Assembly (NCBI GenBank): GCA_963664395.2
Contig: OY761159.2
Span: 1,248,001-1,312,000, forward strand
Length of the DNA stretch: 64,000 nt
Source: Candidatus Binatia bacterium
Lineage (GTDB): Bacteria > Desulfobacterota > Binatia > Bin18
Direction: 5' to 3'
A program made the translations under genes and the position numbers. Position 1 is the first letter of the stretch. Each line of letters begins with the position of its first letter. Below the pieces are notes generated by a model. That model worked only from the letters and a program-made list of their open reading frames with translations, did no database searches and was not told where the DNA came from. This document shows positions 20,869 through 30,202 of this stretch, one piece after another.

Positions 20869-21435
20869 GTGGTGGTAATGATGAGGCGGCTACCTATAAT
20901 TTTTATTCTCGTTCTTCTCTTTCCTCCTTTCTGTTACGCGCAAGACTTATATGTGAGTGGCTATCGTGAGCTCATGCTGCGAACGGGACCGAGTCAGGAC
21001 AACAAAATCATTGCTGTACTCAAGACCGGCCAGACCGTTAAATTAATCAGCGAAGCTGGGAAAGACTATTACCGTGTCGCCCTGTCCGACGGCCGCCAGG
21101 GCTATGTTCTTAAAAGGTATGTGACCGAGCGAATCCCAGCAGCACATCGAGTGCGTATTCTCGAGGATCAGGTTGCCAAACAAACCCAGGAGTTGAACCG
21201 TCTTCGAGAGGACAATACCCGGCTTCAAGCCGCGCAGGAAGGAACGCAGCGCAGTGCAGCCGAACAGGAAGCACTGCTCCAGACCATCACGGCGGAGCGG
21301 AATCAACTCCGGCGTGATACCGAGATATCGAGCTTTCTTGCCGGGGCAGGCGTACTGCTTATTGGCTGGCTCTTAGGCTGGACACGTCTCAGGCTGCGGC
21401 GCAAATCACAGCGCCGCCCCGGGTTGAGCCTCTAG
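20869..21435 (+). CDS. TIGR04211-type SH3 domain protein (signal peptide, SH3b, coiled coil, C-terminal TM)
   Basis: LMLRTGPS...IIAVL..G...GYV, followed by a coiled coil and FLAGAGVLLIGWLLG. Confidence 0.8.
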   Translation: MVVMMRRLPIIFILVLLFPPFCYAQDLYVSGYRELMLRTGPSQDNKIIAVLKTGQTVKLISEAGKDYYRVALSDGRQGYVLKRYVTERIPAAHRVRILEDQVAKQTQELNRLREDNTRLQAAQEGTQRSAAEQEALLQTITAERNQLRRDTEISSFLAGAGVLLIGWLLGWTRLRLRRKSQRRPGLSL

Positions 21436-21509
21436 CTGGTGTTCGCTGGATTCCGAGAAGAACAGAAAACGTAAAATTGAGGAATGAGCACGTTGGCTGC
21501 GAGGCAGCC

Positions 21510-22694
21510 CTACGCGGCTTGGGCCCACTTCTCCTGCATACCCTGAAACTCTTTTTTCAAATAGGGCATGACTTCGGTGGCAAAGAGTTCCATATTTTTA
21601 ATCGTCCGGTGGTGGGGCATATCGCCAATTTGCAGCAGGGACAGCAAAATGCCATAGCCCAGCTTGCCGATCGATTCGGCCAGTCGTTGCTTGACCGTCT
21701 CGACACTGCCCACCACGCAATAGCCCCGCGCGTTCAAATCGTCAAAGGACAGCTTCGCATAATCAAGCTCGTCCGCAATGCTGAGAATATGCCGCATGGA
21801 TTGCTGGGTGACGTAGCCCGGTGGGAACAGCATATTGAGCGGGATACGCAGCCCTTTGTGATAGAGCCAGAGCACATGCTGGGCGGCTTCTTCCCGGGCG
21901 CGTTCGTCCGTTTCCGCCACATAGATGGGCAGTAAATGGCCCATCTGGTAGGGCGAGGCGCTATAGCCGAATTCTTCCGCCGCGGCGCGATACTGATCAA
22001 AATACATCTTGACCAGATCGTCAGACATATACACGGCCAGATAGGGATACTTGCGGGCCGAGTCGGCACACCAGCCTATCGTCTCCTTACTCCCAAAGCC
22101 GGGAATCCAGATTTGCGGGTGCGGTTTTTGGTACGGACGGGGCCAGACGTTCACATAGCGGACTTGGTAGTGCTCCCCATCAAAATTAAACGGTCCCGTC
22201 TCCGTCCAGGCGCGAATAATCAAATCATGCGCCTCGCGGAAGCGCGCCAGCGAATGGGTCGGATTGACGCCCATCGAATAATACTCACAGCCAATACCAC
22301 GCACGAAGCCGGAGATGATCCGGCCGCCACTGACCACATCCAGCATGGCGATTTCTTCGGCAACCCGGATGGGGTGATCCCGCAGCGGCAGCCCATTGCC
22401 CACCATGGCAATTTTGACGCGGTTGGTGCGCCGAGCCAGCAGCCCGCCAACGATATTCGGCGAGGGCATGGTGCCATAGGTGTTCTGATGGTGCTCGTTC
22501 ACACACACGCCGTCAAAACCGAGGGTTTCCGAATACTCCAGCTCATCCAGATAGCGATTATAGAGGTCACGGCCTTTTGTCGGATCATAGTGTGCATTCG
22601 AGAAGGTGACCCAGGCCGAGGGGTATTTCGAGGTATCGTCGAAGTCTTCGGGAACGTGCGGCCACGGCATCAGATGAAAGTTAAAGAACTGCAC
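21510..22694 (-). CDS. LLM-class flavin-dependent oxidoreductase
   Basis: GFDGVCVNEHH, PIRVAEEIAMLDVVSGGR, PRPYQKPHP. Confidence 0.92.
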   Translation of the reverse strand: MQFFNFHLMPWPHVPEDFDDTSKYPSAWVTFSNAHYDPTKGRDLYNRYLDELEYSETLGFDGVCVNEHHQNTYGTMPSPNIVGGLLARRTNRVKIAMVGNGLPLRDHPIRVAEEIAMLDVVSGGRIISGFVRGIGCEYYSMGVNPTHSLARFREAHDLIIRAWTETGPFNFDGEHYQVRYVNVWPRPYQKPHPQIWIPGFGSKETIGWCADSARKYPYLAVYMSDDLVKMYFDQYRAAAEEFGYSASPYQMGHLLPIYVAETDERAREEAAQHVLWLYHKGLRIPLNMLFPPGYVTQQSMRHILSIADELDYAKLSFDDLNARGYCVVGSVETVKQRLAESIGKLGYGILLSLLQIGDMPHHRTIKNMELFATEVMPYLKKEFQGMQEKWAQAA

Positions 22695-22814
22695 ACACGC
22701 ATCCTCCTTTATGAATCTGCCCTTCGGAACGGGAGGGGCTCCCCCGGAATTATTTCCCGTCCCCCTGTTTACTGCTTTGCTATGCTAGAGGTCAAGCGTC
22801 ACACGTGGGCTTTT

Positions 22815-24086
22815 CTAGCTTGTCTGTAAGGCGACTTGCGGCACTGGCAGCCGCGCTTCTCGTTTCGGAGAGGGTAACGTGAGGGCGAGAATCGCAGCAA
22901 TCACTCCGGTACTCGAACTCGTTAAGAACGGGACCGTGTAGTTCCCAAACAAATTATACAGCACACCACCCATCATGCCGCCCGACCCCATGCCTATGGA
23001 CGCCACCATAAAGAAAACACCCAGGATGGTCCCAATTGCCCGCGTGCCGAAATATTCTCGAAAGAGCATGGCATAGACCGGCATCGGTCCACCAAAACCC
23101 AGCCCAAACAGGATGGCCCACGAGTAGAAAGAGGGCGCTTGGCGGGCCTCGATAAAAAATGGAATCATCACCGCCTGAAGACCGAGAAAGAAGGCAATGG
23201 CCCACTTCGCTCCAATCCGGTCGGCTAACAGCCCGTTCACGATTTTCCCGAGCATGCCAAACACAGCCATCAGCATGACTACCCGGGCCGCGACCGATTC
23301 CAACATACCTACGTCAGTCATATGACTGAAGCCGTGCAACAAAATAGACGAGTGACACATGCAGCAGCCCAGCACCATACAATTCAGCGTCCAAAAGGTA
23401 CGCGTCCGCATGGCCTCACTCAGCGTCATCTCAGGTCCCGGCGCGTGAACAGCCGCATACACTCGGCCTGTTTTCTGAGCCCCGGTCGATTCGACTTTCT
23501 TGTCCCGTATGAGCAGAGAAAGGGGCAGCACCACCAGGGTGATAATCCCGAGCCAGATATACGACCAGCGCCAGTCATTATGGGCAAGTAAGAAAACAGC
23601 TAACGGCGCAAACACAGCCGAGCCCACATTTTGTGACTGGGCAAGGGCCAGCGCCAGCCCCTGGCGCTTCACGAACCACTTTGTCACCAGGGCCACCATG
23701 GGGACGCCGGTCGCCGAGCGGCCGATTGCCAGAATAACGCCAAAATACAAGTAGAGTTGCCACAGCGATTGTACCTGGCTCATCAAAAACGTGCCGGCGA
23801 CAAAGAACAGACTCCCGGCAATAATCACCCACTTGGAACCAAAACGATCACTCAGTCGGCCACACACAAGGCTGGAGAGACCGAAACTGATCCAGCTTAT
23901 CATCGACGCGACCGAAACGGTGCCGCGATCCCATTCAAACTGCTCGGCAATAGGCTTGAACATAATGGCGAAAGACTCGATGACGCCGTACATGCACAGG
24001 CTGATGACAAGTCCGGCAGAGACGATGACCCACCCGTATGAGGGCTGTTGTTCTACGGGTCGTTCCAATTGTTCGGCGGGCTGCAT
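22815..24086 (-). CDS. MFS transporter
   Basis: YGWVIV, GRLSDRFG, LADRIG, 12 TM pattern. Confidence 0.9.
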   Translation of the reverse strand: MQPAEQLERPVEQQPSYGWVIVSAGLVISLCMYGVIESFAIMFKPIAEQFEWDRGTVSVASMISWISFGLSSLVCGRLSDRFGSKWVIIAGSLFFVAGTFLMSQVQSLWQLYLYFGVILAIGRSATGVPMVALVTKWFVKRQGLALALAQSQNVGSAVFAPLAVFLLAHNDWRWSYIWLGIITLVVLPLSLLIRDKKVESTGAQKTGRVYAAVHAPGPEMTLSEAMRTRTFWTLNCMVLGCCMCHSSILLHGFSHMTDVGMLESVAARVVMLMAVFGMLGKIVNGLLADRIGAKWAIAFFLGLQAVMIPFFIEARQAPSFYSWAILFGLGFGGPMPVYAMLFREYFGTRAIGTILGVFFMVASIGMGSGGMMGGVLYNLFGNYTVPFLTSSSTGVIAAILALTLPSPKREARLPVPQVALQTS

Positions 24087-24116
24087 GTCACCTGCTTTCT
24101 TCAGGAGGAAGTGCCA

Positions 24117-24512
24117 CTATTCCAGATAGGCGGTGCATTTAATCTCGACAAAGAGGCCGGGCATCGCCAGGGCGGAAGTTCCTATACCCGTCCAGGTCGG
24201 GAGCCGGTCAAGATTCGTAATGTAACGATCCTTGACTGCGATAAAGAGTTCCAAGTCGCGCAGGTCGGTATGGTACGTGACCATTTCAACGACATCGTCA
24301 AACGTCGCGCCGGCTTCGGTCAGCACTTTTTTGACATTTTCAAAAGCCTGCACAAACTGTGCTTCCTTATCCGCCACAACCTGCAAGCTCTCATCCCGGC
24401 CTACTTGCCCGGCTATATACAAGAGATTCCCAGCCCTCACGCCAGGAGAGTAGCGGAAGCGTTCTCTGATATTCTGCATTGCGGGTGGGGTAACATCTGT
24501 ACGTGTGGACAT
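24117..24512 (-). CDS. RidA/YjgF family protein
   Basis: YSPGVRAGNLLYIAGQVG, VEIKCTA. Confidence 0.9.
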   Translation of the reverse strand: MSTRTDVTPPAMQNIRERFRYSPGVRAGNLLYIAGQVGRDESLQVVADKEAQFVQAFENVKKVLTEAGATFDDVVEMVTYHTDLRDLELFIAVKDRYITNLDRLPTWTGIGTSALAMPGLFVEIKCTAYLE

Positions 24513-24642
24513 AGAGCAGTTCCTTCCCTTCGCCTTCGCATAACAGTCGAGAGGACGGAAAGATAGAGGAAAGCCTGATGGGCGATCTCCCTTCTCATTT
24601 CCCTTTGCCTTTGTTACGAGGAAGTATCAGGAGGAACGTATT

Positions 24643-26106
24643 ATGGCTGACCAACTCGCCCAACTCGACGCACTGGCGCAAGCCGCTCTGGTACGCGCAG
24701 GAGAAGCAACTCCACTCGAACTGGTAGACGCCGCCATTGCACGGATTGAGACACTCAACCCGCGGCTCAACGCCGTGATCACGCCTCTTTTTGAGAAAGC
24801 GCGCGATCAGGCTACATCGCCGCAGTTGCCCGACGGGCCGTTCAAAGGCGTCCCGTTTCTCCTCAAGGACTTTGGCTGTCATTCCGCCGGCGATCCCTAT
24901 CACCAAGGCAGTCGCTTTCTGAAAGACCTCGGCTGGACGGCAAAAGAAGACACCTATATGGCCGCCAAACTCAGGGCCGCGGGCTTCATCTTCCTGGGCA
25001 AGACCAATACGCCCGAGTTTGCGACCATGCCGACGACCGAACCGGAAGCCTACGGCCCAAGTCGGAATCCCTGGAATACGGAGCATTCCACCGGCGGTTC
25101 CAGCGGCGGCGCCGGTGCGGCCGTGGCCTCGGGCATGGTCCCGGCGGCCCATGCCAACGACGGCGGCGGTTCGACCCGCGTACCGGCCAGCGAGTGCGGG
25201 CTGGTCGGGCTCAAATCCACCCGTTCGCGCGTCTCCCTCGGCCCGGAATACGGCGAGGTCTGGCAGGGCCTGGTCAACGAACACGTTGTGACACGGAGTG
25301 TGCGCGATACGGCCGCTATTCTGGATGCGATTGCCGGCCCCATGCCGGGCGATCCGTATTTTGCCACCCCGCCGACGCGCCCTTTTCTCGCAGAGGTCGG
25401 TGCCGACCCGGGAGTATTACGGATTGGCGTCTTGGCGGACTTCCCTGGGCAGGCAACCCCGCTGCACCCGGACTGCGTCGCCGCCGTCCACGCCACGGCC
25501 CAGCTTCTGAGTGCCCTCGGCCATACGGTTGAGGAATCCTCCCCCAGCGCGCTGAACGACGAGCAAGAACGCCGGCGGCAGGTGTGGGCGATTTTGACGA
25601 GTGCCATCGCCTCTCATATCGACACCTTGGGCAAGCAGACAGGGAAAGCCGTCACCCAAGACGATGTGGAGATTCACACCTGGGCCATGGTGGAAATCGG
25701 TCGGGCGCGCACCGCGACGCGCTATATCGAAGCCCTGGAGTGGCTCCAGGCCGACACGCGCCGGCTCGCCCGCTGGTGGCAGCCCGAAGACGGTACGGCC
25801 GGCTTTGACATCCTCGTCACTCCAACCATTGCCGAGCCCCCGCCCCGCTTGGGAGAGTTTGTCTCCACACCGGAGAACCCCCTTGGGGGAGCGCGACGTT
25901 CGGCCACCCTCATGCCGTTTACTGTGCCATTTAATGTGACCGGCCAGCCAGCCATCTCGCTGCCGCTGCACTGGAACGACGCGGGGTTGCCGATCGGCGT
26001 TCAACTCGTGGCCGCCTATGGCCGAGAGGACATCCTCTTTCGCCTGGCCTCACAGCTTGAGCAGGCCAAGCCATGGGCTGACCAATGGCCAGCGGTGCGT
26101 GCTTAG
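24643..26106 (+). CDS. Amidase signature family enzyme
   Basis: GVPFLLKD, GKTNTPEF, GGSSGG, DGGGSTRVPA. Confidence 0.93.
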   Translation: MADQLAQLDALAQAALVRAGEATPLELVDAAIARIETLNPRLNAVITPLFEKARDQATSPQLPDGPFKGVPFLLKDFGCHSAGDPYHQGSRFLKDLGWTAKEDTYMAAKLRAAGFIFLGKTNTPEFATMPTTEPEAYGPSRNPWNTEHSTGGSSGGAGAAVASGMVPAAHANDGGGSTRVPASECGLVGLKSTRSRVSLGPEYGEVWQGLVNEHVVTRSVRDTAAILDAIAGPMPGDPYFATPPTRPFLAEVGADPGVLRIGVLADFPGQATPLHPDCVAAVHATAQLLSALGHTVEESSPSALNDEQERRRQVWAILTSAIASHIDTLGKQTGKAVTQDDVEIHTWAMVEIGRARTATRYIEALEWLQADTRRLARWWQPEDGTAGFDILVTPTIAEPPPRLGEFVSTPENPLGGARRSATLMPFTVPFNVTGQPAISLPLHWNDAGLPIGVQLVAAYGREDILFRLASQLEQAKPWADQWPAVRA

Positions 26107-26192
26107 GCGATTTTTTTGGAGGAGGGACACGCCTTGTGTCCCCTCCTGCACTCTATCTTTTCCCCAAAGTGGCTGATAGCTCAGAAGGCACA

Positions 26193-27386
26193 ATGAGTGG
26201 GCCGCTTTTTGTTCTCTCTCTTGCGCTGTTTGCCACCATGCTCGGTAACGGGGTGGTGATTCCCTTCATCCCCATCTACGCTCAGGAGTTCGGAGCGAGC
26301 GGCGTGGCCGTCGGCATCCTGTTTGGGGCGCACTCGGCGTCTCGGACCTTTCTGCTGCCCCTCATCGGTCGAGCCTCGGACCGGCGTGGCCGCAAGGCAT
26401 TTTTACTCTGGGGGCTGTTCTGCTACGCCCTCACCTCTGTTGCCTACCTGCTCGCCAACAGCCTGCTGACGCTCATCTTGGTCATGGCCCTGCAGGGGAT
26501 AGCCACAGCCATGGTTCAGCCGGTTTCGATGGCGTATGTGGGCGACCTGACCCCCAAAGGCAAGGAGGGGGCGTATGCCGGCTATGTCAACACGGCCTTT
26601 CTGGGCGGTGTGGCCGGGGGACCGATCTTGGGCGGAGTGATTAAAGATCTGTTCAATATGCAGGCCAGCTTTATTCTCTTGGGGGTCCTGAGCCTGTTGT
26701 CTTTACTCCTGCTGCTCTTCTTCTTACCCGAAGTCCAGAAACAGCATGTGTCAGGGAAAAAAAAGGAAGCTTCCTGGCGCGAGATTTTATCCTTGCGGCC
26801 CATTCTTGGAGTCGTCCTCTTTCGAGTGGCGTATGCGTTATCCAACACCCTCATTTGGGTCTTTGTGCCCCTGCTGTCGGCCTCCCTGCTACCGCTGACC
26901 ACCTCGCAGGTGGGAGCGCTGATTTCCCTGAATGTCTTGATCAGCGCCGTCCTTCAGGCGCCGTGCGGACGTCTGTCCGATCACATGAATAAAGCGGTCC
27001 TGATCGGTATTGGTGGCCTGATCAGCGCCGTTTCCCTGGCCGGTTTTCCCCTAGCCTCAACGTTCTGGCATTTACTCGGCCTGAATGCCTTGGTCGGCGC
27101 GGGATTCGGGCTGGCCTATCCAGCCCATATGGGGCTGGCCATGGAGCACACGCCGGGTTCGAGTATGGGAACGGTGATGAGCATTCTTTTGACGGTCCAT
27201 AGCTTTGGGATGACCATTGCTCCACCTATTTTTGGTATAGTGGTTGATTATTATGATTTGAGCAGCCTGTTTTATAGTGCGGGGCTGCTGTGTGTCGGGT
27301 GTACAGTGGCGTGCTATTACCTCACCCATGACGCTGACGTGCTCTTGCAGACTACCCGCGCTAAAGAGCCGGCTGTCGTCGATTAA
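26193..27386 (+). CDS. MFS transporter (DHA1/TetA-like)
   Basis: GRASDRRGRK, GRLSDHMNK, 12 TM; ATG at 26193. Confidence 0.88.
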   Translation: MSGPLFVLSLALFATMLGNGVVIPFIPIYAQEFGASGVAVGILFGAHSASRTFLLPLIGRASDRRGRKAFLLWGLFCYALTSVAYLLANSLLTLILVMALQGIATAMVQPVSMAYVGDLTPKGKEGAYAGYVNTAFLGGVAGGPILGGVIKDLFNMQASFILLGVLSLLSLLLLLFFLPEVQKQHVSGKKKEASWREILSLRPILGVVLFRVAYALSNTLIWVFVPLLSASLLPLTTSQVGALISLNVLISAVLQAPCGRLSDHMNKAVLIGIGGLISAVSLAGFPLASTFWHLLGLNALVGAGFGLAYPAHMGLAMEHTPGSSMGTVMSILLTVHSFGMTIAPPIFGIVVDYYDLSSLFYSAGLLCVGCTVACYYLTHDADVLLQTTRAKEPAVVD

Positions 27387-27405
27387 AACCAGGGAGAGAA
27401 GAACA

Positions 27406-28584
27406 GTGCGCAAGGCGTGGATCTTCGTCAGTGCTGCGTTTGTCTGGCTCGGCATAGGGTTGGCCTTTGCCCAGTCTGGGCCACTTGGCCTTCAGAAAGT
27501 CCAACTCTCAGTCAACGGGAATCGTCGCTCTGTCCTCTTTCAGTTCTCGCGTCCACCGGACTCCATCAACTCGTTTACCCTCTCGTCCCCCTCCCGTTTG
27601 GTCATTGACGTACACGGTCCGCTTCAGGGCGTACCAACAGCAGCATACCGGGCAGATGACGAGCTCCTTGCCCAAGTCCGCCTCGGTACGCATCCGGGCT
27701 ATCTCCGACTTGTCCTGGACCTCAAAGAGACCGAGGTCCCGCCCTTTACCATGGAACAACGCACTGATCGGGTCGTCATTGTCTTTGTCCACGAAAACGG
27801 GGCGGGAGGAGAAGCCTACTCGCAGATACTTTTTTCGCCTAAGACTGCAAAAGCGCTGCCCAAGCGCACAGTTGCCCTCTCTCGGCCCGTCAGTCCAACG
27901 ACTCCCGTACCACCTGTGCCACCACCGCTCCCGCCACCCTCTCCGCAGCCCGTCGCTCAGCCGCCCGCTCAGCCACCCACCCCCGACCCGTTGCCGCAAC
28001 GGTCTTTATCGTCCCAGGCACTTGTACACTTGCAGCAGGGACAGGAATTTTACGATAAAGGGGAGTTGAATAAGGCGATTTTTGAGTGGCGCGAAACCGT
28101 TCGCTTAGCTCCGACCAACGCCAAAGCCCATCATCTGCTCGGATTGGCGCTCGGGGATAATGGGGCGCGTGACGAGGCGATTGGCATGTTGCAAACATCA
28201 CTTCGGCTCGACCCCCACAATGCTATGGCTCACGTGCATCTTGCCCGCACGCTAGAAGCCAAAGGCGATATCCAAGAAGCAGTGATCGCCTATCGCAAAG
28301 CGCTCCAGCTCGTTCCCACCTCGGCGTATATTCATGACCGCTTGGGCCATATCTTTGCCGCTCAGGGAAATACCCAAGAGGCAGCGCACGAGTGGCAACG
28401 TGCGATCGAGTTAGACGCAGACTATGCGTATACCCATGCCAATCTGGGTGAGGCGTTTGAAAGCTTAGGGCAAAAGGCACAGGCGCTGGCCGCCTACGAG
28501 CGCGCGCTCAAGCTCGACCCACAGGCGTCTTTTGCTCCCGAAGTGAAGAAGCGGATTGCCCGTCTCCGCTCCTCGGGATCCTAG
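27406..28584 (+). CDS. Exported AMIN domain + Pro-rich linker + TPR protein (paralog 1)
   Basis: Signal peptide ending AFA; AMIN-like FTLSSPSRLVIDV...VRLG...RLVLDL; poly-Pro linker; about 5 TPR repeats. GTG start at 27406 inferred. Confidence 0.85.
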   Translation: MRKAWIFVSAAFVWLGIGLAFAQSGPLGLQKVQLSVNGNRRSVLFQFSRPPDSINSFTLSSPSRLVIDVHGPLQGVPTAAYRADDELLAQVRLGTHPGYLRLVLDLKETEVPPFTMEQRTDRVVIVFVHENGAGGEAYSQILFSPKTAKALPKRTVALSRPVSPTTPVPPVPPPLPPPSPQPVAQPPAQPPTPDPLPQRSLSSQALVHLQQGQEFYDKGELNKAIFEWRETVRLAPTNAKAHHLLGLALGDNGARDEAIGMLQTSLRLDPHNAMAHVHLARTLEAKGDIQEAVIAYRKALQLVPTSAYIHDRLGHIFAAQGNTQEAAHEWQRAIELDADYAYTHANLGEAFESLGQKAQALAAYERALKLDPQASFAPEVKKRIARLRSSGS

Positions 28585-28603
28585 GTCGGGTGGTGCCGAA
28601 GGA

Positions 28604-30202
28604 CTAAAATTGAAAGATGGCGCTGAAAACACTCTCGTGGCGACTATCGCGGGGGCGACCATACAGGTCCCCAATGGCCCAGGGGCCCGGGTCGTGCCCA
28701 CTGACCCGCCAGAAGAAATTCTGCTCGAATCGAAAGACAATATAGTTTGACCACAGGTAGTCCATAGCGAACTTATTATATGCCCCGGTCGAGAGCGGAT
28801 CGAGCGCAAACACAAACAACGGCTGCCAGAGTCCGGCTGGCCCGTAACTGGTGGAAGCGGAAAAGGTAATGACAAACTCGTTTTGGTCGATTTTGTCTGC
28901 ATTCGTGCTGATGAATCGGCCCGGTACGACCTCGCCGTCAAGGTGGGCACGCCGGACGGACGGAATGCCGCGGTAGAGCCGACTGTAATCCAGATATCGC
29001 CGCCAGAAGAACTGCGCGGAAAGAAAAAACGTCCGCATATTATTCAGCGGGCGAATCCAGGTCGGGCGGTCGATGGCCAGCATGACGACCGAGCGGCTGG
29101 CCGTGTCGAATTGATTCCCATCCGGGTCGATCCGGCTTGACGCGTTCGGAGCAAGCGTGACCGGCACACCCGTCGTAAAAGTCGTTTCCGCCCGGAAAAC
29201 CGACTGCGTATATTTTTCCTCCGAATAATTGGCCGCAATGCCGACAACGTGGGAGCGCGGATGCTCGGTTTCGAGCACGGCACGCAAGGTATTGCCCTCA
29301 AGACGGGCTGAGCGAAACTTGAAGCCGGCGTCGGCGGAAAAGCCGTAGAAATAGTTGAGGCTGAAATCGATCCCGCCCCAGATAGCCTTGAGCCGCACCC
29401 CGGCCTGACCATTCTTGAGTTTTTTGCTCGGCTTGCCGTCTCTGACCGTGAGGTCAAGATCACGGAGTTCCCCCCCAATCAGGGCGGAATTCGCAACCGC
29501 AGACAGGCCGTCGCCGATAAACCCCCACGGCCGGCGGGGGTCCGCAGCCACCTTATTGGGCTGAAAATCCCACGGAATCCAGACCGCCTCGACAAAGGAC
29601 TCTTCGAGCGGACCGAATTTGCCGATGTCGTAAATCGCCCGCGCCATCCACAGCGGGATGCGGATATCCTCCCAGGGCTCCCAGTTGGCGTGCCAGCGCA
29701 GATCAAGCGGATTGATGACATCCAGCGCCCGAAAATTATCGGTTTCACCCCAGACGACTTGCTGGCGGCCCAGCCGGAGTGTAAACGGGGGTAGCACCAT
29801 ATCGACAAAGGCTTCACGGAGTTTGTACTCGAACTGCCGGTTGAGCCGCTCATCCTTGCCGAACGCTTGGCTATAGGTGTGCCGAATATCATAAATCGAG
29901 TCGTACACGCCGCGACCGGTAAGGGTCAGCGTGGCCTCTTCAAGCGGGCCGGTGCCGAAACGACCAAAGGCCAGACCCTCCCGCAAAAAATAATACTTGC
30001 CCTCCAGTTGCGCCGTATTGCGCTGCATGATGAGTTCCGCATCCCGAAACATCGGGGTACGGAGAGTGTTTTGGGTTTTCACAAACCCTTCGAGCTCAAT
30101 GTCGTCGGTAACATTAATAATGCCCCACGACGGTGCGGGCAGCACGGCCAAGCAGAGGAGGAGGGCACAAGCGGCGAAGCAGATACGAAGGCGCATGTTC
30201 AT
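28604..30202 (-). CDS. DUF1302-type outer-membrane beta-barrel protein
   Basis: Signal peptide; LREAFVD, LRLGRQQVVWGETD.FRALDVINPLD, RIPLWM; terminal Phe. Confidence 0.82.
   Translation of the reverse strand: MNMRLRICFAACALLLCLAVLPAPSWGIINVTDDIELEGFVKTQNTLRTPMFRDAELIMQRNTAQLEGKYYFLREGLAFGRFGTGPLEEATLTLTGRGVYDSIYDIRHTYSQAFGKDERLNRQFEYKLREAFVDMVLPPFTLRLGRQQVVWGETDNFRALDVINPLDLRWHANWEPWEDIRIPLWMARAIYDIGKFGPLEESFVEAVWIPWDFQPNKVAADPRRPWGFIGDGLSAVANSALIGGELRDLDLTVRDGKPSKKLKNGQAGVRLKAIWGGIDFSLNYFYGFSADAGFKFRSARLEGNTLRAVLETEHPRSHVVGIAANYSEEKYTQSVFRAETTFTTGVPVTLAPNASSRIDPDGNQFDTASRSVVMLAIDRPTWIRPLNNMRTFFLSAQFFWRRYLDYSRLYRGIPSVRRAHLDGEVVPGRFISTNADKIDQNEFVITFSASTSYGPAGLWQPLFVFALDPLSTGAYNKFAMDYLWSNYIVFRFEQNFFWRVSGHDPGPWAIGDLYGRPRDSRHESVFSAIFQF

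Noticed and set aside
21936-22829. Long antisense ORFs, also 15156-15905, 29867-30709, 37556-38359 and 62536-63378
   Set aside because: They lie opposite well-supported genes in GC-rich DNA and have no recognisable motifs.
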